A stretch of 64,000 bases of DNA, taken from assembly GCA_027623675.1 (NCBI GenBank), contig JAQBVF010000001.1, positions 96,001 through 160,000 of the forward strand, written 5' to 3'. This stretch comes from Chloroflexota bacterium (GTDB taxonomy: Bacteria > Chloroflexota > Dehalococcoidia > Lucifugimonadales > UBA3495). The position numbers were made by a program, and so were the translations under genes. A model generated the notes under the pieces. The model was not told where the DNA came from and did not search any database. It was given only the letters and a program-made list of their open reading frames with translations. Below are positions 9,121 through 18,864 of this stretch, piece by piece. The first letter of the stretch is position 1; every line of letters starts with the position of its first letter.

Positions 9121-10428
9121 TTGGCCCATAGCCCGTTTCCTCAGAGCACCCCACCCGAAGCCAAGGAGCCACGACGGCCGGTCCAGAGACAGAGCAACTT
9201 CTGGGTGGTCTCCAAATATCCTGATTTCCGGTATCTCTGGATCGGCAATTTCTTCATGGTCGGCGCTCAGTGGATCCAGATACTCACAGTGGGCTGGCTG
9301 GTGTTGCAACTGACCGGAGGCAACGCCTTTTTAACCGGCACCGCGGTGGGCATCCGGACCTTCCCCGTCCTGGTCATTGGCCCATGGGCCGGGGTGTTGG
9401 CCGACCGGATAGACCGCCGCAAGCTCGTTATGGTAACCCAGATCTACATGGCGGTGGCGGCATTGGTCTTCGCCTTCATGGTCCTGGCCACGGACCTGGA
9501 TGCCGAGCCGGTGACCGGCTTCCTCAAGTGGTGGCATGCCTTCATCTATATGGGGATCTCGGGCGTGGCCCACTCCATCGTCCAGCCAGTTAGACAGGCC
9601 ATGGTTTCCAACACAGTGCCCATAAAAGACTTGGGCAGCGCGCTGGCGTTGAACGGCATGGCCCACCCAAGCATGCGCATCGCCGGACCCGCCATCGGCG
9701 GATTGCTTATCGCCACCCTGGGGTTCAACTGGAACTTCTTCATCGAAGCGGCGGCCTACGTGACCATAGTCCTCGTCTATATCCCCATGAGACTGCCCTA
9801 CAGTGAGCGTATGACCTCCCGAGGGACCTCTCTGCTGGCGAGCATGCGGGAGGGTCTGGCGTACGTGGTGCAAGAAAAGACCATCCGGCAGTTGATCCTG
9901 ATGGCCGTGATTCCCAACTTGGTGTTCCAGCCGGTGGTTTTCGTGCTTCCCATCTTCACCACCGAGGTGCTGGGCCGCGGGGCCGACGCCGGCGGCATAC
10001 TGGCCGGAGCGGTGGGCGCCGGAGGGATAGTGGCTGCGGTGATCGTGGCCGGCCGCGGGTTCATCATCGGGCGCGGCCCTGCGACGCTGGCGGGGTTGGT
10101 CGGCGGTTGCTTCTTCATCCTGCTATTTTCCCAGTCCACCTGGTATCTCGCGTCGATGGGCTTCCTGGCCGGGCTGGGGTTCTTCCAATACCTATTCCGG
10201 GTGGGCAACAACACCCTGATACAGACCATTGTCCCCGACGCGCTCCGGGGCCGGGTGATGAGCATCTACATGCTGGACAATGGCCTAACTCCACTGGCAA
10301 CCATGGGCATCAGCTTCGCCATATACATCTGGAGTCCCGCCGGAGCGTATACAACGCTGGCTGGGATCAGCCTCTTCTTGGCGGTCCTGCAATTGATGTT
10401 TTTCCGGCGGGTCAGAGAACTGGACTAG
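9121..10428 (+). CDS. MFS transporter
   Basis: About 12 hydrophobic segments, GVLADRIDRRK MFS motif A, LRGRVMS. Start codon uncertain. Confidence 0.88.
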   Translation: MAHSPFPQSTPPEAKEPRRPVQRQSNFWVVSKYPDFRYLWIGNFFMVGAQWIQILTVGWLVLQLTGGNAFLTGTAVGIRTFPVLVIGPWAGVLADRIDRRKLVMVTQIYMAVAALVFAFMVLATDLDAEPVTGFLKWWHAFIYMGISGVAHSIVQPVRQAMVSNTVPIKDLGSALALNGMAHPSMRIAGPAIGGLLIATLGFNWNFFIEAAAYVTIVLVYIPMRLPYSERMTSRGTSLLASMREGLAYVVQEKTIRQLILMAVIPNLVFQPVVFVLPIFTTEVLGRGADAGGILAGAVGAGGIVAAVIVAGRGFIIGRGPATLAGLVGGCFFILLFSQSTWYLASMGFLAGLGFFQYLFRVGNNTLIQTIVPDALRGRVMSIYMLDNGLTPLATMGISFAIYIWSPAGAYTTLAGISLFLAVLQLMFFRRVRELD

Positions 10429-10578
10429 CCCCAACGCGACTGGACCATTCACCAGATTCGCATCGCCCGCCGGCATCGGCCTTCCCCTCAATCGTGGTCC
10501 ATCGAATAGAACATAGTCGTGGACAAACGATGCTGAATCGCCACGATTATTCACCATTCCAAATCGCAATAAAGCCTA

Positions 10579-10607
10579 TTGACGACTGCGTAGCTATTGT
10601 TTATACT
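10579..10607 (+). promoter_or_regulatory. Sigma70 promoter upstream of the TRAP permeases
   Basis: TTGACG-N17-TATACT, about 450 nt before the dctQ-like start. Confidence 0.55.
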
Positions 10608-11055
10608 TCCGCACCAATCGGGCCTCAGGCAAAACTGGATTTAGCTACGTTTTACAGGTGTATTTCTCCGCATATCACGCAAATGGATATCACATAGCTA
10701 GAAGCATCAATATCATACCGTGCGAAAGTCCATCCGGTGATGACATTACGAAGCTCTCGACACCCGAGAGGAACGCTCCGGGGCGTCACCGGCAGCTAAT
10801 GACGAGCCTACTCGGCGATCTGACCGTAAACGCACCCTCAACTACTAGCCGCCAGCCACAGTCATCAACCTGGCGGTCCAAGTTCCCAAGACTAGTGCCG
10901 CGAATAGGAAGCAAGAAAGAAAGCTCCCACTAACCAAGTACCAGACGAAAATCGGCGACCGGCCCGCATCCAGGGGCCGAAACGCATCATATAGCCTCTT
11001 TCGGGTCCGGCGTGTCCAATCAAAAGGGCCACGATGCCAGTATGGAGGAGACCTC

Positions 11056-11730
11056 TTGAGCGAAGTTGCAGCCGTAGGTCAAGTTGAAGAAGCCCCCAAG
11101 CTGGAAAGGGTACTAGAGGGGCAGTCTACCGCGCTTACCATTCTCAACGCCATGAGAACGCTGACCAGGACTCTGGACCGGACCTACCTGACCATGGGTT
11201 ATATCTGCGGGACGATGTTTCTCCTGTTGGCGTTCTTCATCACCTACCAGGTGATCGCCCGGAAGCTGGGATGGATCATGGCCCCCGGCATGGACCTGAT
11301 GAGCGGTTACACGCTGGCGATGGCCTCTACTTGGGCGTTCTCCTACGCCCTTCGGACCGGTTCCCACGTGCGCATCGACGTCCTGCTGCCGTTCATGTCC
11401 CCCCGGGTCAGGTGGTCGGCGGACTGGCTAGCCCTTTTCTCCATCGCCTTCTTTGCCGGCATCACCTGCTGGAAGACCTGGGTCATGGTATTAAAGTCCT
11501 ACGATATCGGCGCCGTAACCAACACCTATCCGCTTACCCCCCTCTGGATACCCCAGACCGTGGTCGCCGTCGGTTTCAGCATGCTGGCGTTGACCGCGAT
11601 CCACATGATGGTCCACATGATCGCCGAAGCAACGCTGCCCGTTTTCCACAAGTGGCAGGGCGGAACAGAAAGCTACCGTGAGGTCTCCGCCAATTCAATC
11701 TTGACCGAAGAGGTTGCATCCGGAGTATAG
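11056..11730 (+). CDS. TRAP transporter small permease (DctQ family)
   Basis: Four TM segments, HVRIDVL motif; GGAGG RBS with TTG start. Confidence 0.88.
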   Translation: MSEVAAVGQVEEAPKLERVLEGQSTALTILNAMRTLTRTLDRTYLTMGYICGTMFLLLAFFITYQVIARKLGWIMAPGMDLMSGYTLAMASTWAFSYALRTGSHVRIDVLLPFMSPRVRWSADWLALFSIAFFAGITCWKTWVMVLKSYDIGAVTNTYPLTPLWIPQTVVAVGFSMLALTAIHMMVHMIAEATLPVFHKWQGGTESYREVSANSILTEEVASGV

Positions 11731-11820
11731 CCGGAAAGCCCTTGCTGGCAACTCGATCAGAACAATTAGTCCCCTTCCGGCGTCGGATACGGCGCCCATA
11801 GATTTGGAGGACCGACAAAG

Positions 11821-13284
11821 ATGGCCATAACCTCAGCGTTCGTAATGATGGGCGGATTTTTCCTGATCGGCTTGTATGTAGCCGGCGCTTTGGGTGTATT
11901 GTCACTGGTCTTGATGTACTTCTTCTCGGATGCTCCCCTGTGGAACATCATGGGGAACAAGGCCTGGGAGACCAACACTAACTTCATCTTGATCGCCGTC
12001 CCGCTCTTCCTTCTGATGGGAGAGTTGATGCTGCGCAGCGGCATGGGCGAGCGGATGTACAGCGCGGTTTCCCGCTGGATATCGTTCCTACCGGGAGGGC
12101 TGATTCACACCAACATCGCCTCCTGCGCCATCTTCGCGGCCTGCTCCGGCTCCAGCGTCGCCACCTCAGCCACCATCAGCCGGGTGTCCCTGCCCACGTT
12201 CCGCACCCGGGGATACAGCGAGCGTTTGGTGATCGGGTCGCTTGCGGCCGGCGGCACCCTTGGCATCTTGATTCCACCCAGCATCGGACTGATTGTCTAC
12301 GGCGTGCTGGTTGAGGAGTCGATCGGGCGCTTGTATCTGGCCGGGTTCATCCCTGGGTTCATGTTGGCCGGCATGATGATGGCCATGATCATCGGCGCAT
12401 CGATCATGTTCCCCAGCATCGCCCCGAAAGAGCCGGGCACGAGTTGGCGGCTGAAGTTTATCGGCCTAATATCCATGATCCCCATCGCCGTCATAATTCT
12501 GGTGGTGCTGGGCTCGATCTACCTGGGCTGGGCGACCCCCACTGAAGCGGCGGCGTTCGGTGTTACCGGGGCGATGATTCTGGCCTTAATCAACAACTCA
12601 GGCCCGCCAATCACGGCCTGGCTGCTCAAGAAGCTGAACAATTCCGGTTCCCAGACGGGCCTCGTCGCCACCTTGCAAGAGAGGTACCCAATCATCGACG
12701 GACAGATGCGCGAGTCTATGACCATCAACTGGGACATGATTAAAGACTCGATCCTTTCCACGGTCAGGACTTCGTCGATGATCATGCTCATTGTCATCGC
12801 GGCGTTCACCCTGAGCTTTGCCTTCGCCCGGCTGGGGATATCTCACGACATCTCCACCTGGATCATCGACATGGACCTCAGCTCGACCCAGCTTGTGATC
12901 GTACTGGTAATCTTCTACCTGCTGCTCGGGACCTTCATGGAGAGCTTCGCCATGCTGGTGACCACGGTGCCCATTTTGGCGCCGGCCCTGGTGGCCACCG
13001 GGGTGGACCTGGTGTGGTTCGGTATCATCATGGTCCTCTTGGTGGAGGCCGCGCTCATCAGCCCTCCTGAGGGCATCAACCTGTACGTGCTCCACGGAGT
13101 GCGCCGGGATGTTCAGGCGGAGATGGAAGAGGCTTCCGGTCTGCAGGAGCAGGCGGGAACCATCACGGATGTTTACATCGGAGTGCTGCCCTTCATGGCG
13201 GTGATGGCGATGATGATTATCCTGTTGATCATCTTCCCAGAGATCGCCCTTTGGCTCCCGGACCAGGTCAAGGGCTCCCGGTAG
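11821..13284 (+). CDS. TRAP transporter large permease (DctM family)
   Basis: AVPLFLLMG, SGSSVAT, GTLGILIPPS, TPTEAA, ISPPEGINLY. Confidence 0.92.
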   Translation: MAITSAFVMMGGFFLIGLYVAGALGVLSLVLMYFFSDAPLWNIMGNKAWETNTNFILIAVPLFLLMGELMLRSGMGERMYSAVSRWISFLPGGLIHTNIASCAIFAACSGSSVATSATISRVSLPTFRTRGYSERLVIGSLAAGGTLGILIPPSIGLIVYGVLVEESIGRLYLAGFIPGFMLAGMMMAMIIGASIMFPSIAPKEPGTSWRLKFIGLISMIPIAVIILVVLGSIYLGWATPTEAAAFGVTGAMILALINNSGPPITAWLLKKLNNSGSQTGLVATLQERYPIIDGQMRESMTINWDMIKDSILSTVRTSSMIMLIVIAAFTLSFAFARLGISHDISTWIIDMDLSSTQLVIVLVIFYLLLGTFMESFAMLVTTVPILAPALVATGVDLVWFGIIMVLLVEAALISPPEGINLYVLHGVRRDVQAEMEEASGLQEQAGTITDVYIGVLPFMAVMAMMIILLIIFPEIALWLPDQVKGSR

Positions 13285-13314
13285 ACCCACCGGCTTCCCG
13301 GCCACCGCAAACAG

Positions 13315-13352
13315 GAAAAGGCCCATCCTTCAGCCGAAGGATGGGCCTTTTC
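13315..13352. terminator. Bidirectional intrinsic terminator
   Basis: GAAAAGGCCCATCCTTC-AGCC-GAAGGATGGGCCTTTTC, a perfect inverted repeat between convergent genes. Confidence 0.85.
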
Positions 13353-13385
13353 TATTGGCTTTGAGTAGCGGTTAGCCGAGCTTGA

Positions 13386-14177
13386 TCACATGACCGACCG
13401 GACCACGCCGCCATCCACCAAGATGGTTGCGCCGGTGGTGTAACTATTCTTCTCCGAGGACAGAAAGGCCACCAGGTCGGCCAACTCCTCGGGGCGTCCC
13501 AAACGCCCCACGGGAATGGTGGCGGAGTGGGCGTGCAGCAGGTCTTCAACGTTGGCGCCAGTGTCCGCCGAACGGGTCTCGAAGATGTGCATCATCCGGT
13601 CGGTTAACAGATATCCTGGCGCCACATTGTTCACCAGGATGTTATCCCGGCCAACCTCGTCGGACAGGCTCTTGGCGAATGCCACGGCGCCCATCCGTGT
13701 CACTCCCGACGTAACCAGGTTGTCGATAGGCTGAAACACCGAACTGGCCAGGACGTTGACTATACGCCCCCAGCCGCCGGCCTTCATGTGCGGAACAGCC
13801 TCCCGGCTCATTCGGATGAAGAACATGAGGGCCATGTCCACCGACTGGGTCCAGACCGCTTCGGTGGTGTCGACGGCCCGGCCCGCGGGCGGCCCACCGG
13901 AGTTATTTACCAAAACGTCGATGCGGCCGAAGTGGTCAACCGTCCTCTGCACCAACCTCTGGATATCCGCCAATTGGGATAGGTCGCCGGCCACGCTCAG
14001 CACGTCGACACCCGTCGCGGCCCGAATCTCCCCTGCGGCTTGGTCCAACTCGCGGGCGTTGCGGCTGCAGACCACCAGGTTCGCGCCCTCCTGGGCCAGC
14101 GAGTCGGCGCAAGCGCGCCCCAGCCCCTTGCTGCCGCCGCCAACTATGGCCACCCGGCCCTTCAGTCCCAGGTCCAT
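13386..14177 (-). CDS. Short-chain dehydrogenase/reductase (SDR)
   Basis: GGSKGLG, VNNSGG, NNVAPG, DGG. Belongs to the subfamily with SxxxR in place of YxxxK. Confidence 0.9.
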   Translation of the reverse strand: MDLGLKGRVAIVGGGSKGLGRACADSLAQEGANLVVCSRNARELDQAAGEIRAATGVDVLSVAGDLSQLADIQRLVQRTVDHFGRIDVLVNNSGGPPAGRAVDTTEAVWTQSVDMALMFFIRMSREAVPHMKAGGWGRIVNVLASSVFQPIDNLVTSGVTRMGAVAFAKSLSDEVGRDNILVNNVAPGYLLTDRMMHIFETRSADTGANVEDLLHAHSATIPVGRLGRPEELADLVAFLSSEKNSYTTGATILVDGGVVRSVM

Positions 14178-14265
14178 CCGTTTCCTCCAAGCCTGCGTGT
14201 TTCTAGTGCCAACATGCTACCAATCGGCTATTCCAGTGGCAACCGGCCTGCGACCCGGTCTTCTA

Positions 14266-14294
14266 TTGACACCCATAGAAGCCTGACATATGCT
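14266..14294 (+). promoter_or_regulatory. Sigma70 promoter
   Basis: TTGACA-N17-TATGCT upstream of 14394. Confidence 0.6.
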
Positions 14295-14393
14295 GGCCCA
14301 AGCCTCAGAATCGGCGCATGCAGGCCCTTCGGCCCGCGCCGAAAATGGGGTGTTTAACCCCTCCCATTCCTCAATCAGCCGCATGGTGAAATC

Positions 14394-15236
14394 TTGAGCA
14401 ACGTAGACCGCATACTGGAAGGCGCCCTGGATATCCACGTGCATTTCGGCCCCGACCCCAGGGTTGAGCGCCGGGCCGGCGCGGTGGAGATCGCCCTACA
14501 GGCCCGGGACATGGGGATGCAGGGGGTGGTCCTAAAGAGCCACGAATACCCCACCCATCCGGTGGCGGCCACCACCAGCGACCTGGTGCCGGACGTTACG
14601 GTCCTGGGCGGCATCGCCCTGGATCATGAGGTTGGCGGGCTCAATCCCAGCGCGGTGGAAGCCACGGCCAACATGGGCGGCCGGATCGTCTGGATGCCAA
14701 CCTACTCGGCCAAAGCGGACCGGGAAGCCAAGGGGCTGGATGGCGGCATCTCCCTGCTGGACGACTCGGGAAAGCTGGTGCCCGAGGTCTACTCCATCCT
14801 GAAAACCATCAAATCCCACGACATGGTCCTGGCGACCGGGCACATATCCACGGCCGAGAGCATGGCTCTAGTGGCGGAAGCCCGCAACATGGACATTCAG
14901 CGGGTGGTGGTCACGCACGGCACCACGATGGCATTCTGGACCGGCATGACAGTTGAGGACATGAAAGCCCTGGCCGGAATGGGGGCGTACATCGAACATT
15001 GCCTGCACGTTGTGATGCCGACCACTCACCGGTTGGACCCCAAGGACCTGGCCAAGACCATCTTGGCCATCGGCCCGGAGAAGTGCATCCTCAGCACCGA
15101 CTTTGGCCAGGACTTTCACCCCATGCCCGCGGAAGGGATGCGGATGGGTATCGCCACCATGCTCCGCTCGGGCCTGGAGGAAGTGGAAGTGGGCATGCTG
15201 GTGAAGGACAACCCTTCCCGGCTGATGGGAACCTAA
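14394..15236 (+). CDS. Amidohydrolase-fold metal-dependent protein (DUF6282-like)
   Basis: DIHVH, KSH, TGH, TH and STDFGQ metal-ligand pattern; ends KDNPSRL. Confidence 0.75.
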   Translation: MSNVDRILEGALDIHVHFGPDPRVERRAGAVEIALQARDMGMQGVVLKSHEYPTHPVAATTSDLVPDVTVLGGIALDHEVGGLNPSAVEATANMGGRIVWMPTYSAKADREAKGLDGGISLLDDSGKLVPEVYSILKTIKSHDMVLATGHISTAESMALVAEARNMDIQRVVVTHGTTMAFWTGMTVEDMKALAGMGAYIEHCLHVVMPTTHRLDPKDLAKTILAIGPEKCILSTDFGQDFHPMPAEGMRMGIATMLRSGLEEVEVGMLVKDNPSRLMGT

Positions 15237-15259
15237 ACGGAACCCGGTCCTCGAGCAGG

Positions 15260-16759
15260 CTAGTCTGCCGGGTCCAGGCGAAACCTGAGCCACAGCACCG
15301 GACGACCGGCATCGGCATCGACCTTGGCCCAGTCGGCAATGCGGTGGCCGACCACCCAGGCGATACCCTTTTCGGTCTCCAGCAAGGGCACTTTTCCCCG
15401 CCAGGGCCGTGGCACCCGCAGGTCGGTGAACAGGTCCTGCAATTTCTTCTGCCCCGTCATCCCCAATGGCTGGATACGGTCACCGGGACACCACGTCCGC
15501 ACCGTTGCCCCATCCCCCAGCGCCCTTCGGTCCAAGCGGGCCGTCCACTCGTCCCATACTCCCGTTGCCCAAGCAGGCTCAACGCCAGCCATGCCGAGCT
15601 GCATCCTCAGACTCCAAGGTCCGGCCGAAACCGCAATCGCAGCGCCGGGCGTAGCGGGCAGCTTGATCTGGTATTCGCCGTCAAACTCGGGGTAAGGGCA
15701 GTCCGCCTCCTGCTGGCGGGTAAGGGTCAGGTTCGAGTAGTCCTGCCGGAGGACCACCCCTCCGGGCAACTCCAGTCTCCGGCCCCCGCGCCCGCCCTGG
15801 GCCAGTTCTTCCATCGCCACCAAATGGCTCTCTCGAAGCCGGGTGGCGTCGCCGGTAACCAGAATGTAGCCACGCCGCAGGGCCAGCCTTTGCAGCGCCG
15901 GGTGTATGGCCGCCAACTCCGGCCTGGCAAAGCAGACCTCGTTAACCGGTTGGGAGCTGTCGGCCGGCGTGGTCTCAGCCAAGCCCGGCCACACCCGGTC
16001 CAGTTCCCGCTCCACGAAGTCAAGTTGGTCAGCGGCGGTTCGAGAAAGGCGCACCAGGGCGTTGCGCACCTGCGGGTTATAGTCCTGGGCCAGGCGGGGC
16101 ATAAGGTCCTGGCGCACCCGGTTGCGGGTGAACCGCCACATATAATTCCCGCTGTCGGTCCGGTACGGACGGTCAATCTCGCGGCAGTAGTCGCCGGTCC
16201 GGGCTTTGGTGACATCCAACAGGGGCCGGAACAACTGCAGCCCATCCGAACCGGCGGGCCAGGGCCACTTGGAAACCTCGGCCATGCCCCGGAGACCGTG
16301 CAGACCGGCGCCCCGGAGCACATGGAGCAGCACCGTCTCGGCGAGGTCGTCTGAGGTATGACCCACTGTCACCGCCCGCGCCCCGGCTGCCTTGGCGACC
16401 CGGGCCAAGAAGGCGTACCGCATCTCCCGGGCGCCCTGCTCGAATGACGAGATGCCCCGCTCTCTCTGATACTCGTGGGGGTCTTCTTTAACCACGGTCA
16501 CCGGCAGGCCCAGCTCCCCGGCGATCTGGGCCACGAAAGCCGCGTCGTCCTCGGCCTCCTGGCCCCTAAAGTTGTGGTTCAGGTGGGCGACGTGCAGCGA
16601 CAGGCCGTGGGCTTCTTTCAGGCGGTCCAGGGCGTAGAGCAGGGCGGAGGAATCGGGGCCGCCAGACGCGCCGACGACGAGAGTGGCGCCGGAGTTGGAG
16701 TAGCCGGCCCGCTGTAGCGCAGACGCCACCTGTCGTTCTAGATCGGCGGCGTTGGCCAA
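15260..16759 (-). CDS. tilS: tRNA(Ile)-lysidine synthase
   Basis: SGGPDS PP-loop, HLNHNFRG, GHTSDDLAET, RP, TRNRVR, C-terminal GDRIQP..KKLQD. Start reassigned to TTG 16759, just after the upstream stop. Confidence 0.92.
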   Translation of the reverse strand: MANAADLERQVASALQRAGYSNSGATLVVGASGGPDSSALLYALDRLKEAHGLSLHVAHLNHNFRGQEAEDDAAFVAQIAGELGLPVTVVKEDPHEYQRERGISSFEQGAREMRYAFLARVAKAAGARAVTVGHTSDDLAETVLLHVLRGAGLHGLRGMAEVSKWPWPAGSDGLQLFRPLLDVTKARTGDYCREIDRPYRTDSGNYMWRFTRNRVRQDLMPRLAQDYNPQVRNALVRLSRTAADQLDFVERELDRVWPGLAETTPADSSQPVNEVCFARPELAAIHPALQRLALRRGYILVTGDATRLRESHLVAMEELAQGGRGGRRLELPGGVVLRQDYSNLTLTRQQEADCPYPEFDGEYQIKLPATPGAAIAVSAGPWSLRMQLGMAGVEPAWATGVWDEWTARLDRRALGDGATVRTWCPGDRIQPLGMTGQKKLQDLFTDLRVPRPWRGKVPLLETEKGIAWVVGHRIADWAKVDADAGRPVLWLRFRLDPAD

Positions 16760-16772
16760 GATTGGTATCCGG

Positions 16773-17390
16773 TTACCGGTTTTCAGGGGACAGGTGGCTG
16801 GTGGAGTTATAGGAGATGAGCCGGCGGCCCCGGTCGTCGCTGTCAAACTTGCAGACCGATGCCAGGTCCAATGACATGCGGTGGAAGTTCGCCAGGGGCA
16901 CCCCCAGCAGCTTACCAACGATGCAGCGGATGGCGAAATTGTGGGAGATAACCACGACTGAATCTTCGCCGGCGTGTTTCTGCTCGATACCGAGGATCGC
17001 CTGCCAGGTCCGTTCGCGAAGTTGGACCAGCGACTCGCCGTTGGGCAAGAGCACGGTCTCCGGATGCGAGCGCCATTCCGAGATGAACTCGGGCCAGCCA
17101 ACCCGCATCTCATCTCCGGTCACCCCTTCCAGGTCACCCAGGGAGAGCTCTTTCAGGCCGGGCTCCTGGTGGATGGTCACCGGAGTCACCGCCGCCAACT
17201 CTTCGGCGACCTTTACGGTCCTCTGCAGCGGACTCGTGTAGATGGCGTTCATGCCCCAGCCGGCGGCGGCCTGGGCCGTCTCTTTGGCCTGGGACAGACC
17301 ACGCTCGTTAAGCTCGATGTCCTCGTGACCCTGGAAACGGCCCAGCTTGTTCCATTCAGTCTCGCCGTGACGCACCAGAAAGAACCTCAT
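16773..17390 (-). CDS. Histidine phosphatase (phosphoglycerate mutase/CobC family)
   Basis: LVRHGETEWN, SPLQR, GES, ISH. Confidence 0.9.
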   Translation of the reverse strand: MRFFLVRHGETEWNKLGRFQGHEDIELNERGLSQAKETAQAAAGWGMNAIYTSPLQRTVKVAEELAAVTPVTIHQEPGLKELSLGDLEGVTGDEMRVGWPEFISEWRSHPETVLLPNGESLVQLRERTWQAILGIEQKHAGEDSVVVISHNFAIRCIVGKLLGVPLANFHRMSLDLASVCKFDSDDRGRRLISYNSTSHLSPENR

Positions 17391-18718
17391 CGATTTGAAC
17401 CCGGATCCGGGCGGGGGCCAGGCTCGATCCGGCCTAAGTCGGCCCCATGATTTATCCGACGCACTTCCACTTCTTCGATCCTGACCCCTTCCATAACCTT
17501 GATGGTTATGCGCAGGCCTCCGAATTCCATGACATCCCCAACCTCGGGGATGCTGCCCAGGCGGTCCAGGATATATCCGGCCAACGTCTGGTAATCACCT
17601 TCCGGGATTCCCAGTTCCAATTCTTCGTTGATATCAGAGATTGCCAGACCCGCGTCCATGCGGAACCGCCCGCGGCCCAAGGCGGTAACCGCTTCTTCAG
17701 GAGCTGAGCCTTCATCGCCCATCTGGCCGACGATCACAGCCATCATCTCTTTCATGGTCGCCAAGCCGGCGATGCCGCCGAACTCGTCCACGGTGAGCAC
17801 CATGCTATGCCCGCCCTCTCGCATCTCGTTGAAGGTCTCGCTGACACTCTTGGTCTCGGGGACGAAGAAGGCCGGCCTGATCTGGTCGGTGGCCGCCACT
17901 CCAGAATCTCCGCCGGATTCCCGTTGCAGGTCGCGCACTCCGGCCAGAACGTCCTTCACCGAAAGAACCCCCACCACGTTCTCCATCGACCCTTCATACA
18001 CGGGGAACCGGGTGTGGGTGTTCTCGGAATAGATGGACAGGAACTCGTCCAGATTTGAGCCATTCTCGATCCAGATTATCTCCGGCCGGGGCGTCATGAT
18101 CTCCCGCATCTGTCGGTCGCCGAATCGGAATACTTTCTCCAGCAGAGCGGCTTCACCAGCCTCCACCGTTCCGGTCTGGGCGCCGGCGGCAATCATGGTG
18201 CGAATCTCTTCCTCACCCATCAGGGGCGTCGACACGGTGATGCCGAGCACCCGGTTGCTCAGGGTGCTGAAGAGTTGGAGCAGCGTCACCAGGGGTGAAA
18301 GGGCTAGCTCGAACAGCCGGATGGGCCGGGACACCGCGAACGCGACGCGCTCGGAACGCCGCCAGGCTACGTTCTTGGGCAACGTTTCGCCGAACAGTAG
18401 CAGGAACGTGGTCACGCCGGCGGTGGCGATCAGTACGGACAAGCTCTCGTTGGCAAACAGGTTCAGGGCCAAGACGGTGGCCAGGGCGGCGGCGGCGGTG
18501 TTAACCAGATTGTTGCCCAGCAGCACTGTCGCCAGGAAACGCTCGGGACGCTGGATGATGTGGGAGACGCGGTCCGCGCCTGGCCGTCCGCTACGGACCA
18601 GGTGCATGAGACGCGCCCGTGGGAGAGCGATAAACGCGGTCTCAGACGCAGAGAAGAATCCGGATAAGGCTAGACTAACTATTAATAATGCTATACGCCA
18701 TGTATCACCGGCTTCCAT
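17387..18718 (-). CDS. CNNM/TlyC-family membrane protein (DUF21 + CBS pair + CorC)
   Basis: FFSASETA, GETLPK, IMTPR, HTRFPVY, VDEFGG, QTLAG. Start at MEAGD after GGAGG. Confidence 0.9.
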   Translation of the reverse strand: MEAGDTWRIALLIVSLALSGFFSASETAFIALPRARLMHLVRSGRPGADRVSHIIQRPERFLATVLLGNNLVNTAAAALATVLALNLFANESLSVLIATAGVTTFLLLFGETLPKNVAWRRSERVAFAVSRPIRLFELALSPLVTLLQLFSTLSNRVLGITVSTPLMGEEEIRTMIAAGAQTGTVEAGEAALLEKVFRFGDRQMREIMTPRPEIIWIENGSNLDEFLSIYSENTHTRFPVYEGSMENVVGVLSVKDVLAGVRDLQRESGGDSGVAATDQIRPAFFVPETKSVSETFNEMREGGHSMVLTVDEFGGIAGLATMKEMMAVIVGQMGDEGSAPEEAVTALGRGRFRMDAGLAISDINEELELGIPEGDYQTLAGYILDRLGSIPEVGDVMEFGGLRITIKVMEGVRIEEVEVRRINHGADLGRIEPGPRPDPGSNR

Positions 18719-18864
18719 TATCGGAGGCCACCTCCATAGACCTCGAAAAGTTGCCGCTTGGCAATATCGGGTCTGTTCACGATGATAGCATCGGTCGTAA
18801 ATTAGTGTAAAGTTGAACGCAGACCGGCATATCAACCACAGCCATAGATACTCACCAACGAACA

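Noticed and set aside
10734..10792. Hammerhead-ribozyme-like arrangement (TGATGA ... GAAC ... GTC)
   Set aside because: The core deviates: no CUGANGA, GGAA instead of GAAA, and stem II does not abut the core.
16760..17113. Open tilS frame overlapping the phosphatase gene (possible frameshift fusion)
   Set aside because: The extension is non-protein-like, no slippery site is evident, and the phosphatase is complete; most likely a GC-rich shadow frame.
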